Source: Acidobacteriota bacterium (GTDB taxonomy: Bacteria > Acidobacteriota > UBA890 > WLXD01). Taken from it: DNA of 64,000 bases. How positions within the stretch are numbered: the stretch's first letter is position 1; each line of letters begins with the position of its first letter. Of this stretch, positions 11,561-21,850 are shown piece after piece. The notes under the pieces were generated by a model, which saw nothing but the letters and a program-made list of their open reading frames with translations, had not been told where the DNA came from and did no database searches. The position numbers were made by a program, and so were the translations under genes. The stretch covers positions 112,522-176,521 of the forward strand of contig CAXWPH010000010.1 in NCBI GenBank assembly GCA_963666055.2. Reading direction: 5' to 3'.

Positions 11561-11593
11561 CTAGCAGGCCGTGGTGGAAGTGTGGCCTGCTAG
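11561..11593. repeat. Minimal CTAG-flanked MITE remnant
   Basis: CTAG-CAGGCCGTGGTGGAAGTGTGGCCTG-CTAG; same terminus as the full elements at 46751 and 49491. Confidence 0.75.
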
Positions 11594-11717
11594 CATCAGA
11601 CGGAAGCATATTCGAGATGGTGGCGAATGGCCTCTATGACGATAGCGGGATGCTCGCGGCCTCCCGTGACCAGCGTGATCTCGAGCTTCGCCCGGCAGCG
11701 CGCACGAGCGACCGTGG

Positions 11718-12203
11718 CTATGCATCGTCATTTGGCCCCAGCTTCTCGGCGCGCTCGCCGATCAACTCGACGACCCGGGCCACTCGCTTCGTCCGCATCG
11801 TGACGCTTTGGGCATCACCTACGAAGCGCAGCATCTCGCGACGGAGTCCCGGCGGCAGCAGCTCCAGCGCCTCGACGCCCCTCTCTAGACGCTCCACCGC
11901 TTCGACGATGTCATCCGGCAAAACGTCGATCGGAGCATCATCAACCACCAACTCGACGCGCACCATATCTCCCGCGTCCACCCCGGCAGCGCGACGCAAC
12001 TCGTCGTGCAGGAACAGTCGAAAGCCGCCGCCACTGCGACGCATCAGCGTAGTAGCGCGCTCCCGCCCGCCGACGGTCGCAACCACCGGCGGATACTGCC
12101 AATCGTCGAGCGCAGCAGCCAGCTGCTGCGGAACGTCGACACAGCGCAGGATCCCCTGCCGGTAGACGCGCGCCTCGAACGCCCAGGTAGCAGCACCGGG
12201 CAT
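11718..12203 (-). CDS. DUF1905 / YdeI-OmpD-associated family protein
   Basis: RRAAGVDAGDMVRVEL then LPDDI...LPPGLRREMLRFV...TKRV pattern. Confidence 0.7.
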   Translation of the reverse strand: MPGAATWAFEARVYRQGILRCVDVPQQLAAALDDWQYPPVVATVGGRERATTLMRRSGGGFRLFLHDELRRAAGVDAGDMVRVELVVDDAPIDVLPDDIVEAVERLERGVEALELLPPGLRREMLRFVGDAQSVTMRTKRVARVVELIGERAEKLGPNDDA

Positions 12204-12206
12204 CGG

Positions 12207-13379
12207 TCAGTGGCTGCCCTCGTGGGCGTGATCAAAGCGTTCGTGATGCTGTCGCAGAAGGTCCTTCCCGTAGTCGTTGCCGTTCGGGGTGCGCACCACG
12301 GCGTGCACATGGTTACGCGACGGGGCGTCGCCTTGCAGCGCTATCGGTCGCTGGTGATCAAACTCGATCAAGATCACGGGGCTGTGTACTCGGTAATAGA
12401 ACACCGCGTCATCGTCGGTCGCACCCACCCAGCCGAACCAGGTGTCATCGAGGTGCTGGCGCGCCTCCACCATGCGGATCGCGGCGTGCTCGTCTCGCAT
12501 ATCGCCCACGTACTCGGCGATCAGCGCGATCAACAGACCTCGTTGATGTTCGTCGAGGGCGCTGGCGCGGAGCCCCTCGTAGCGCATCTCGAAGTTGTCG
12601 CGAAACGCGGCCGTGAACACGTTGCGCGGCAACTCGTCGGCGATCTTCGCCACCGCCTGTTGTTCCGCGTTGAGCGATTGGATGAGTGCCAAGCCGCGCG
12701 CTTCTTCATCTTCGAACACCCGCGTGCCAGCGTACTTGCCGCCCGCAGCGTACGTCGGCTCGGAGCCCAGGAACGTAGGGGTCATGACCACCTGGTCGCC
12801 AAGCACGAAGTAGTTGATCACCAGATGATGTCCGTCGAGCTGCCAGCCCCACGGCTCCGCCTCAGACGGCTCCCCCATCACGGTGAAGAAGTACAGTCCT
12901 TCGCCGTACTCCTCGAAATTGTTCACCAGCTCAGCGATCGTGGTGTTGAGGCGCATGATGTCGCGCGCCTTCCGCAGCCCCTTCGCCGAAAGGCTGGCAC
13001 CCAGAAGCTCGTAGGCGGCGGTGCGTTGGGCCGCCGACATATCGCCGAAGCTCACACCGCGGCGGTCGTAGCGATGCACGTTGTTCCAGCGCCTCCACTC
13101 GATGTCGTCGACGCCAAACGTCGTTGCACTCCGTTGCTCGGCGTCGAGCGCATCCAGGAATGTCGACGCGGCAGTCACCACCGATGCGGTGGAAACACCA
13201 GTGGCGCGCAACGGAAAGAGATCAGCAACGACTTCACCATCCGCCGTGATACCGCGGAACGCCTCTGCCAGCGCGGTTGCCTCACCGCCCCCCTGGACCG
13301 CGGGCGAGCCGGCCAGCCCATACGCGCCCAACGATGCAGCGATTCCGACGACTGCGAACAACCCCAACAGGCTTCTCAT
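12207..13379 (-). CDS. Secreted DUF3500-family protein
   Basis: Signal peptide; WGWQLDGHHL, TPTFLGSEP, YYRVHSP, HVHAVVRTPNGNDYG. Confidence 0.82.
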   Translation of the reverse strand: MRSLLGLFAVVGIAASLGAYGLAGSPAVQGGGEATALAEAFRGITADGEVVADLFPLRATGVSTASVVTAASTFLDALDAEQRSATTFGVDDIEWRRWNNVHRYDRRGVSFGDMSAAQRTAAYELLGASLSAKGLRKARDIMRLNTTIAELVNNFEEYGEGLYFFTVMGEPSEAEPWGWQLDGHHLVINYFVLGDQVVMTPTFLGSEPTYAAGGKYAGTRVFEDEEARGLALIQSLNAEQQAVAKIADELPRNVFTAAFRDNFEMRYEGLRASALDEHQRGLLIALIAEYVGDMRDEHAAIRMVEARQHLDDTWFGWVGATDDDAVFYYRVHSPVILIEFDHQRPIALQGDAPSRNHVHAVVRTPNGNDYGKDLLRQHHERFDHAHEGSH

Positions 13380-13426
13380 ACTTCGCTCCTTCTCAGACCG
13401 TCACCATCGGAACCGCCGTACGCCGC

Positions 13427-14560
13427 TCAGCAGTCTAGCAAGCCGCTGCCACGAAGCTCGTGCAGCGTGTCGGCCAGGTGCCGCAGGTCGTCTTCATCGT
13501 TGTACAGGTGAACCGACACGCGGATGCCGTCGCCACGCGCCGATACCAGCACGTCGTGTTCGCGGAGCGCATCCCGGAGGCCGGCCGCGTCAGCACACCG
13601 CGCCAGCACGATTCCCGAAGCTGCACCTGGCCGCGCCGAGGTGGAGACCGGCAACCCGGCATCGACGAGCACTTTGCGTAGCAGGCCGCTCAGCTGCAGC
13701 ACCCGCGACTCGATGGCGGCGGCGCCGAGCTCGTGCTGGAGCCCCAGCGCAGCGCCGAGAGTGAAGACGTTCGGGAACGGCGGATGCCCGGCTTCCATCG
13801 CACGGGCGTCGGGCGTGAGGTCCAGCTCGTCCGACACCAGCGCGTAGGGGTCGCGCGCGCTGCGCCAGCCCACCACCGGGTGGTTGCCGGCGTGGCGCTC
13901 GTTGACGTAGAAAAACCCGATACCGTAACCGGAGTTAAGCCACTTGTAGCCGGTGCAGGCGAGGAAATCGACGGCACCGCCGGATACATCGATCGCCAGA
14001 GCTCCGAGGCTCTGCGTGGCATCGACCACGAGCACTATCTGGTGTTCTCGACAAAGCTCACCAAGGGCGTCGAGGTCGTGTCGAAAGCCGGTTCGGTAGT
14101 GCACGAGACCGAGGGTGAGGATTCGAGTGTGCGGTTGGAGCGCCGCCGCGATGGCTTCGACCGTCACGCCGCCGTCGTCGTCCGTGTCCAGGAAGTCCAC
14201 CTCGTAACCCAGCTGCAGCCACGGCCAGGTAACGGAGGGGAAATCGCCGCGGAGGGCAACTACAGACCCCGTTCCCAGTAGTTTCCGAGCCGCGAAATTG
14301 AGCGCCGAGGACGCGTTGTTGGTGAATGCGATCTCATGGCTGTGTGCGTTGATCAGGCGCGCCACGGAGCCGCGCACGTCCTCGACGCGGTCGAGCCAGG
14401 CGTCCCAGTGCACGTCGCCATCCCGGGCCGTGGCCTCATAGTAAGAGCACCCCGCCGCCGCCGCCGCCGCGGTGGATATGGGCCCCCCGGCCGCGGTGTT
14501 CAGGTAGCAGCAAGTAGCTGCCGCCGGAAACGAAGCACGCACCTCAGGCCAGTCGGTCAC
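13427..14560 (-). CDS. Class V PLP aminotransferase / cysteine desulfurase-like
   Basis: YLNTAAGGP, VDATQSLG, GYKWL, IRVSVHLYN. Confidence 0.88.
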   Translation of the reverse strand: MTDWPEVRASFPAAATCCYLNTAAGGPISTAAAAAAGCSYYEATARDGDVHWDAWLDRVEDVRGSVARLINAHSHEIAFTNNASSALNFAARKLLGTGSVVALRGDFPSVTWPWLQLGYEVDFLDTDDDGGVTVEAIAAALQPHTRILTLGLVHYRTGFRHDLDALGELCREHQIVLVVDATQSLGALAIDVSGGAVDFLACTGYKWLNSGYGIGFFYVNERHAGNHPVVGWRSARDPYALVSDELDLTPDARAMEAGHPPFPNVFTLGAALGLQHELGAAAIESRVLQLSGLLRKVLVDAGLPVSTSARPGAASGIVLARCADAAGLRDALREHDVLVSARGDGIRVSVHLYNDEDDLRHLADTLHELRGSGLLDC

Positions 14561-14710
14561 TCGTCCCCCACCCTACGACTGACGCTGGCGCGCCGCCGAG
14601 CATCGATCTCCAGCCTAAACACCTCCGGGCACGAGCAGGGGCCATCGGTGTCGAGGCGCATGCGACCTTCGTCGATCCGGGCCGGGTGGTGAATCGCCGC
14701 TCCGATCCGA

Positions 14711-15838
14711 TCATCCCACGACAGTCCGATAGATCTGCTCGTCGGTAGCACCCTCGGTGGAGATCAACAGCACGTTGGCAGCAGCGTCGAGCCGCAGCCG
14801 CTCACGAATCAAGGCATTCTCGGAGTCGACGCATACAGCCTCGACGAGCCCGGTGGTCACCGCGCCGGACTCACCAGACACCACCATCGCATCGCCGGCA
14901 ACCGGACGGGCCAACCGGCGCATACCCGACCTGGCAACTTCATCGCCACAGGTTACCCAGCCGTCGACGTGTCGACGCAAGATCGTCCAGGCCGAGGTGC
15001 TCAATTGTCCGCACGACAGACCCGCCATGAACGTGTCCGGAGCGTCAGCGAGTCGCGGGGGCAACAGCTCGTCGCTCTCCATCGCCTCCATCCCGCACCC
15101 GGCCCCCTCGGGCTCGACCAGGAAGACCGCCGGCCTTTCGGCGCCGAAGCGCTCCACCAGATACGCGGTGATGGATGCGGCGAACGAGCCCACGCCGCAT
15201 TGCAGGAAGACATGTGTCGGCCGCTCTTCCCCGAGTTGGTCCATAGCCTCGTGAATCAGCGTGAGATATCCCTGCATTACCCAGCGCGGGATTTGCTCGT
15301 ACCCCGGCCACGCCATGTCTTGTAGCAACACCCAGCCATTGGCTTCGGCGTCGGCGCGAGCCTGCTCGACGGCCTCGTCGTACGTCCCCTCCACACGGCT
15401 CGCTCGCGCTCCGAGCTTGACGATCGCCTCGAGGCGCGCGTCGCTGGCCTGGCGGGGCAGGTACACGACGGCGGCATGGCCGAGGCGCGCCGCCGCCCAG
15501 GCCACGGCGCGCCCGTGGTTGCCGTCGGTTGCAGTAACAAACGTCAACACGGGTTCGGCATTCCGCTCGACCACCCTCGAGATCGCCCAGCTCGCCCCGA
15601 GCGCCTTGAACGCCTCGAGCCCGAAGCGGTGCGATTCATCCTTCAAGCGCATGCCCCCGACACCGAGCTCGGCAGCAAGGCCCGGCAAGGGCACCAACGG
15701 CGTCGGCGCATAGTCCGGCCACGAGCTATGAAACGCGTGCACCTGCGCCGCGGCGGCGGCTCCGAACGGCATGGTTGCATCGTCGCCAGCGCGTCCGGCG
15801 GCATCGACATTCATCAGCAGCCGTATTGGCAGCGTCAC
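14711..15838 (-). CDS. dpaL: Diaminopropionate ammonia-lyase (start uncertain)
   Basis: YAPTPL, KDESHRFGLEAFKALG, ATDGNHG, QCGVGS, MAGLSCG, GESGA, STEGAT. Confidence 0.85.
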   Translation of the reverse strand: MTLPIRLLMNVDAAGRAGDDATMPFGAAAAAQVHAFHSSWPDYAPTPLVPLPGLAAELGVGGMRLKDESHRFGLEAFKALGASWAISRVVERNAEPVLTFVTATDGNHGRAVAWAAARLGHAAVVYLPRQASDARLEAIVKLGARASRVEGTYDEAVEQARADAEANGWVLLQDMAWPGYEQIPRWVMQGYLTLIHEAMDQLGEERPTHVFLQCGVGSFAASITAYLVERFGAERPAVFLVEPEGAGCGMEAMESDELLPPRLADAPDTFMAGLSCGQLSTSAWTILRRHVDGWVTCGDEVARSGMRRLARPVAGDAMVVSGESGAVTTGLVEAVCVDSENALIRERLRLDAAANVLLISTEGATDEQIYRTVVG

Positions 15839-16098
15839 CCAGCCGCGTCCGCGGCCGCCTCCCCAGCGTCTTGTCGTTGCCAGATCTCGAACAGCACGCA
15901 TACGATGTTACCTTCCAAGATGCCGAGGATCTCGCCGGAGCTCGCTCGACGTTGGGCCGTCACAGTCGCGCCCTGTCGGATACGGCTAGAATCTGATGTT
16001 CGGACACCACCAAGTAGCCAGGTTGCAGACTACTGACTGAACTCGTTTGACCGAGCCCGAGCGCCGTTGTCGCCGTGCTCCGCCGCTGGAGACATTCA

Positions 16099-17841
16099 AT
16101 GCGCCGAATCGTCATGATCCTGGCCCTGCTGCTGTGCGTGGCGCCCGGCGCACTGGCGCAGCAAGTGAAGCCGATTGTCCACCTACTCGACAACGGAATG
16201 ACTGTCCTGCTGGTGCCGCGAACCGGCGACCCGAACATCTCTGCCGGCTGGATCGCCAAGGTGGGTTCGGTGAACGAGCACCCTGGCATTACGGGTGTGG
16301 CGCACCTTTTCGAGCACATGATGTTCAAGGGTACCGAGACGATCGGCACGATCGACGCCGCCGCGGACCGGCGAGTGATCGAGCAGCTGGACAGGCTTCG
16401 CGCCGAGATCCGCAAGCACGAGCAGGAGCTACTGCGGCAACAGCGGGTGGGCGAGATCGACGACTGGCGCGACCGGGAGCACCGCTCGCAAGCTCACCAA
16501 GATCTCCTGGAGGAATTCGACAGCGCTCTGGGGGAACAACGCGGGCTGATCATCAAGGACGACTTCGATCGCATCTACACGGGCGAAGGTGGGTCCGGCA
16601 TGAACGCCGGAACGGACTACGACTTCACCGTCTATTTCATCAACGTGCCGGCAAACAAGTTGGAGCTATGGTTCTGGATGGAGTCCGATCGCCTGATGAA
16701 CCCCGTCTTTCGCGAGTTCTATAGCGAGCGGGACGTCGTACACGAGGAACGCAGGCTACGAACCGACAGCACCCCAACGGGGCTGCTGGACGAGCAGTTC
16801 GAGGCGACGTTCTGGGAGTCGTCGCCCTATTCGTGGCCGGTGGTCGGATGGCCCAGCGATCTGTATGGGCTGACACGCGAAGAAGCGCTCGAGTTCTTCG
16901 ATGTCAACTATGCACCCAACAACATCAGTGCGGCGCTTGTAGGAGGGTTCGATCCCGAAGAAGCGATCGCCCTCGCTGAGCGCTACTTTGGTCGTATTCC
17001 GCGCGGCGAGCGCGAGCCCGAGCCCGTACGCACCTGGGAGGTCAAGCAGCAGGGCGAGAAGCGCATGATCGGCTACGCCGACACCAGCCCGCAGGTGAGA
17101 ATCCGCTACCACGGTGTCGCCGACGGCCACGTCGATGAGCCAGCTCTGCTGGTCTTGGGGCAGTTGCTCTCCGGACGTACGGGCCGGCTCTTCAAGTCGC
17201 TGGTCGAGGAGCAGGGAATCGCCACGTCCGTTTCGGGCGGACAGAACGGTCGCAGGTGGGACGGCTACTTCGAGATTCAGGGCACCGCCAAGCAGGGGCA
17301 TACACCGGAGGAGGTCGAGTCAGCGATCTACGCTGAGCTCGAGCGCTTGAAAACCGAGCCCGTCCCCGATCGCGAGCTTCAGAAGGTGAAGAACCAGAAC
17401 GCCGCGGCCGAGTTCCGACGGTTGCAGAGCAGCTTCGGCCTGCTGCTGCAGTTGCTGATCGCCGAGGGTTATCGAGGATGGGAGACCATCAATACCACCG
17501 GCCCAAAGCTCCAGGCGGTCAGCGCCGAAGACATCCAGCGCGTGGCCAATACTTACTTCGAGCCCGAAGCGCGCGCCGTGGCGATCTACTACCGCAGCCA
17601 GGGCTCTGAACCCGAGGATCCACGCCTGGCCGGGCTGGATGATCAGGAGCGGCAACAGATCAACATGGTCCGGCAGCAGCTCGCCCAAGCCGCGCCTGAC
17701 CAGCTCGACCAAATGCGCCAGCAGCTCGCCCAGACGACCGCAATGGCGGCACAAGTCCCCGAGGAAAACCAAGACATGTTCCAACTCATGTTGGAGCTGA
17801 TCAGCGAGCGTATCGAAGAGCTCGAGGGAGAGCAGGAATGA
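16099..17841 (+). CDS. M16 (pitrilysin-family) zinc peptidase, catalytic subunit
   Basis: Signal peptide, HLFEH inverted zinc motif, ERDVVHEERR; Gln-rich C-terminal extension. Confidence 0.92.
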   Translation: MRRIVMILALLLCVAPGALAQQVKPIVHLLDNGMTVLLVPRTGDPNISAGWIAKVGSVNEHPGITGVAHLFEHMMFKGTETIGTIDAAADRRVIEQLDRLRAEIRKHEQELLRQQRVGEIDDWRDREHRSQAHQDLLEEFDSALGEQRGLIIKDDFDRIYTGEGGSGMNAGTDYDFTVYFINVPANKLELWFWMESDRLMNPVFREFYSERDVVHEERRLRTDSTPTGLLDEQFEATFWESSPYSWPVVGWPSDLYGLTREEALEFFDVNYAPNNISAALVGGFDPEEAIALAERYFGRIPRGEREPEPVRTWEVKQQGEKRMIGYADTSPQVRIRYHGVADGHVDEPALLVLGQLLSGRTGRLFKSLVEEQGIATSVSGGQNGRRWDGYFEIQGTAKQGHTPEEVESAIYAELERLKTEPVPDRELQKVKNQNAAAEFRRLQSSFGLLLQLLIAEGYRGWETINTTGPKLQAVSAEDIQRVANTYFEPEARAVAIYYRSQGSEPEDPRLAGLDDQERQQINMVRQQLAQAAPDQLDQMRQQLAQTTAMAAQVPEENQDMFQLMLELISERIEELEGEQE

Positions 17842-19343
17842 AGACCGTCAGCGGCCTTCGCCCGCCAACGCTCGCGATGATCGGGCTCTTGGCGATGACT
17901 ACGGGCGTCATTGCGCAGCAGGAGATCGTCTCTCATCCACTCGAGCTCTCCTTTCCGGAGCTCGACTTCCAGCCCCCGGACGGCGCCGCGCTGCGCCATG
18001 AGCTCAGCACGGGAACAGTCGCCTACGTGGCAGAGGATCACGCGCTACCGCTCGTCAATATCGCAATCTTGATTCGCAGCGGCGAGTACACCGCCCCGGC
18101 GATGCTGAAGCCAGGAGTCGCAAGCCTCGCCGGGAGCCAGATGCGCGCCGGCGGCGCAGCCTCGTTGTCGTCGTCCGAGCTCGACGAGGAGCTCGATTTC
18201 CTCGCCGCGCAGATTCGCACAGGCATCGGCTCGACGAGAGGCAGCGCCAACATGAACTGCCTGGCCAAGGACCTCGACCGCTGTCTCGATAGGTTCTTCG
18301 AGATCCTGCGCCAACCTCGCTACGATCAGGAGCGCATCGACCTCGCCAAGAGCCAGCAGTTACAGCGCATGGAGCAACGCAACGACGACACGGGAGGAAT
18401 CGAGCGGCGCGAGTGGAGCCGGCTACTTTACGGCGACGCCCATTTCAGCACCCACGCCACCACCGAGGCCGAGCTCGACGCGATCACACGCCAGGACTTG
18501 CTCGCGTTTCATGCCTACGCCGTTCATCCGGGCAACTTCATCTTCGCCATTTCGGGCGACGTCCAAACTGAAGAGATCCTCGGCAAAATCGAGGCCCGGC
18601 TATCGGATTGGCCCGGCGCGGAGGCGCCTGGTGACGTGCCGAAACCAGGGGTCGAGCCGCAGCCCGGCCTGTACTTGGTACACAAGGAGGATGTGAACCA
18701 GGGCCGCGTATCGATCGGGCACCTGAGCACGGTTATCAGTAACCCCGATCGCTTCGCACTGCAGATCATGAACAACATCCTCGGGGGAGGCGGCTTTACG
18801 TCGCGCATCCTGTCGCGCGTACGATCTGACGAGGGACTCGCATACAGCGCCGGATCGGCATTCGGGCTCGGCACGCACTACGACGGCAGCTTCCGCGCCT
18901 TCTTCCAGTCGCGGAGCGCCGCGGTGGCGCGGGCTACCAGCATCGTCATCGACGAGATCGGTCGCATTCGTACCGAGAAAGTGAGCGACGAGGAGTTAGC
19001 CAATGCCAAGGCCTCGTTCATCGACACTTTCAGCCGCAACTTCGCCAGCGCCGAGCAGATCGCCGGGCTGTTCGCCAACCTCGAGTTACAGGGGCGCGAT
19101 ATCGGTCTTGTGTCGACCTACCGCGACGACATGGCAGCGGTAACCGCCGACGATGTGCTTCGCGTGGCGCAGGAGTACCTCCATCCCGACCGGCTCGTAA
19201 TCCTCGCCGTGGGCAATGTCGACGACATGCTCGCAGGCGATCTCGACAATCCGGAGTTCTCGCTCGAGGCGATGGCCAGCGGCGGCAGCGTTACCCGCAT
19301 CGCGTTGCCGGATCCGATGACAATGGAATACGCGGGGCGGTAG
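17838..19343 (+). CDS. M16 peptidase non-catalytic partner subunit
   Basis: No HxxEH; GGGGFTSR, VRSDEGLAY; coupled to previous gene. Confidence 0.9.
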   Translation: MKTVSGLRPPTLAMIGLLAMTTGVIAQQEIVSHPLELSFPELDFQPPDGAALRHELSTGTVAYVAEDHALPLVNIAILIRSGEYTAPAMLKPGVASLAGSQMRAGGAASLSSSELDEELDFLAAQIRTGIGSTRGSANMNCLAKDLDRCLDRFFEILRQPRYDQERIDLAKSQQLQRMEQRNDDTGGIERREWSRLLYGDAHFSTHATTEAELDAITRQDLLAFHAYAVHPGNFIFAISGDVQTEEILGKIEARLSDWPGAEAPGDVPKPGVEPQPGLYLVHKEDVNQGRVSIGHLSTVISNPDRFALQIMNNILGGGGFTSRILSRVRSDEGLAYSAGSAFGLGTHYDGSFRAFFQSRSAAVARATSIVIDEIGRIRTEKVSDEELANAKASFIDTFSRNFASAEQIAGLFANLELQGRDIGLVSTYRDDMAAVTADDVLRVAQEYLHPDRLVILAVGNVDDMLAGDLDNPEFSLEAMASGGSVTRIALPDPMTMEYAGR

Positions 19344-19358
19344 CGCCTTGAATCGACG

Positions 19359-20792
19359 ATGAGCGCTCAGCGCACGATCGCTATCCTTGGTGGCGGTTCA
19401 GCCGGCTTCACGGCCGCCCAAACAGCCGCCAAGCTCGGCGCCCGCGTGCTCTTCTTCATGGGCGACAACGCCGACATGGCGTCGCTGTGCGTCAATCGGG
19501 GCTGCATGCCGTCGAAAGCGATGTTCGAGCCGATCGACGCCATGCATCACGCCCGTCACCAGGGCCTGCTGCGCGTGGAGCCACTCCGGCCTGAGGCCTA
19601 TCTCGGGCAGATCGTTGCCTGGAAGGACCGTGAGATCGCGCGCTTCCGCGCCTATCGGCAAAGAGCGATCGCGGCTTTCGAGAGCGACGAGTTCATCATC
19701 GTACGGGCCAACGTGCAGTTCATCGATGCGCATACGCTCAGCGCCGAGGGTCGTACGTACCCGTTCGACGCTGCCATCATCGCCACCGGTTCGGTACCGC
19801 AACGACCGGCGATTGACGGGCTGCCCGAGCTAGGCGACGAGATCTGGACCAACGACGACATTCTCGCAAACACGACGTTGCCAGAGTCGCTCGTGCTCAT
19901 CGGTGCCGGTGCTATCGGACTCGAGTTCGGGTTGCGCTACGCGCGACTGGGCAGCGCGGTGACCATCATCGCGCGATCGCGACCCTTGTCGCAGTATCCA
20001 GAGCGCTTCGGCCAGCGGCTCGCACAGATTTACGAGCGCGAGGGCGTGCGTGTGTTGCAGGCAACATCTCCGCAACGGGTACGACGCGACCGCGAGGGCA
20101 TGTACGTCGTCGAGACCGAGGGGGCGCACGGATTCGAACCCGTCACTGCGGCGCGCGCAATGCTGGCGGTCGGCCGCCGACCGGCCGTCGACTCACTCGA
20201 CCTTCACCTGGCCGGTGTAGAGCTGGACGGCGGAAGGATGACGGTGGGTGAGGACCTGCGCCTGAATGACGCCGACAACCTATTCGCCGCCGGCGATGTG
20301 ATCGGCAGGCGCATGGTGGTGCATCAGGCACATATCGAGGCGGGCATCGCGGCGGAGAACGCCGTGACCGATGGCTCCCGCATCTGGGATCGGCGCTCCG
20401 ACATTCAGGTCGTGTTCTCTGATCCAGAGTTCGCCTACGCTGGCGTGACGCCCGAGGCGGCAACAGCGATGGGGCACCAACTTGTACACGGCTCCAAGGA
20501 CTCGCGGCTCGTCGGCAAGCTGCACCTGGGCGGCGACGACCACGGCTTCGGCGAGTTCATTGCCGACGCTGAGAGCCACAGCCTCCTAGGCGCCGGGCTC
20601 CTTTGCGACGACGCCAGCAACCTGATCCACCTTCCGGCATACCTGATCGACCACCGCCATACGGTTCATGACGGTGCTGCCGCCGAGTACTACCACCCGA
20701 CACGGATGGAGATTGTCTCGTCGATCCTCGACGCCATGTCTGGAAGCCTCGGCGGCACACCGCCGACGCGCCCCGACGAGCGTAGCGGCTGA
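19359..20792 (+). CDS. Pyridine nucleotide-disulfide oxidoreductase (LpdA/MerA-like)
   Basis: GGGSAG, redox CVNRGC, GAGAIGLE, AAGD, YHPT. Confidence 0.88.
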   Translation: MSAQRTIAILGGGSAGFTAAQTAAKLGARVLFFMGDNADMASLCVNRGCMPSKAMFEPIDAMHHARHQGLLRVEPLRPEAYLGQIVAWKDREIARFRAYRQRAIAAFESDEFIIVRANVQFIDAHTLSAEGRTYPFDAAIIATGSVPQRPAIDGLPELGDEIWTNDDILANTTLPESLVLIGAGAIGLEFGLRYARLGSAVTIIARSRPLSQYPERFGQRLAQIYEREGVRVLQATSPQRVRRDREGMYVVETEGAHGFEPVTAARAMLAVGRRPAVDSLDLHLAGVELDGGRMTVGEDLRLNDADNLFAAGDVIGRRMVVHQAHIEAGIAAENAVTDGSRIWDRRSDIQVVFSDPEFAYAGVTPEAATAMGHQLVHGSKDSRLVGKLHLGGDDHGFGEFIADAESHSLLGAGLLCDDASNLIHLPAYLIDHRHTVHDGAAAEYYHPTRMEIVSSILDAMSGSLGGTPPTRPDERSG

Positions 20793-20794
20793 CG

Positions 20795-21043
20795 ATGGCG
20801 GCTGACGATCTCGACCCGCGTCTCGGACCGTCGATCGACGGACTGAGACACCCGCCGACGTTCCAGCACCCGCCGTGGACAGTCGGGGTCGTGCTGGTGC
20901 TCGGCCTGGTCGCCTTGCTGTTCGGTATCCTGGTGCGCCCAATCTGGCTGCTCGTCGGCTCTCCCTTCATCCTCACCTTGTTCGTCTGGCTAGGGGTGCG
21001 GTTCACCCAGTGGCGGCGTCGCCGGCGGCGGCCAACGCCGTAG
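20795..21043 (+). CDS. Small 2-TM membrane protein
   Basis: Two hydrophobic segments, basic tail; 2 nt after previous stop. Confidence 0.6.
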   Translation: MAADDLDPRLGPSIDGLRHPPTFQHPPWTVGVVLVLGLVALLFGILVRPIWLLVGSPFILTLFVWLGVRFTQWRRRRRRPTP

Positions 21044-21177
21044 ATGGACCCACGCGCCGGACCCACCAGAGCTTCTCAGCACCCTGCTAGACTGTCCTAG
21101 GGGCGACGCTACCTAGTCAACAAGGGGGACACCGGCTGTCTCGATAGGGCTGCCGGAGGTTCGGCAAGGGGATTCTG

Positions 21178-21789
21178 ATGCAAGCCACACGCATGATCGC
21201 TGTTCTCTGTGCGCTGTCGATCGCCACGGTACCCGTACTCGCCGCCCAGGCGGGCGCCGACACGCGCATTCCCTCGGGTACACGCGCCACCGTCGCGTTG
21301 CGAGGCTGGCTCAGCTCGGCTGATGCCAACGTCGGCGACACGTTCGAGGCCGCGCTGGTAGCCGACATCCTGGTGGAAGGCCAGCTGGTGGTTCCCGCCG
21401 GCTCTACGTTCGTCGGTCGCGTCGCCGCCGTCGAGCGCGCCCGCGGCATGAGCCGCGGCGGCAAGCTCACGCTCGTCATTGACCGGCTAGCGAGCGGCGA
21501 CGGTGATTCGACGACGGCCCTTGCGACCGTGACCGGAATCGCCGAAGGCGGCGAGCTCGAAGGCAAGGACGACAGGGGCAAGAGAGCAGGAATCGGCGGC
21601 GTGATCGGTGGCGCCCTGGGCGCCATCATCGGCGGCGCTGCGGGACTGCTGGTCGGCCTCGTCGTCGGCGCCGGCGGCGCGATCGCCGGCGGCCGCGGCA
21701 AGGACGTCGAGCTCCCTGAGGACACCTATCTGCTGGTGAAGTTCGACCAGCAGGTCGATGTCACCTGGACCTGGCAACCGCAGAGCTGA
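21178..21789 (+). CDS. Secreted glycine-zipper protein (TrbI/VirB10-like beta domain)
   Basis: Signal peptide, IPSGT, LSSADANVGDTF, VPAGSTFVGRV, GGVIGGALGAIIGG. Confidence 0.7.
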   Translation: MQATRMIAVLCALSIATVPVLAAQAGADTRIPSGTRATVALRGWLSSADANVGDTFEAALVADILVEGQLVVPAGSTFVGRVAAVERARGMSRGGKLTLVIDRLASGDGDSTTALATVTGIAEGGELEGKDDRGKRAGIGGVIGGALGAIIGGAAGLLVGLVVGAGGAIAGGRGKDVELPEDTYLLVKFDQQVDVTWTWQPQS

Positions 21790-21850
21790 AGCTTCCGTCC
21801 CGGCTACGACTTGACGGCAGCGGGCGCCATCGGTGGCCGTTGCCGAAGTC

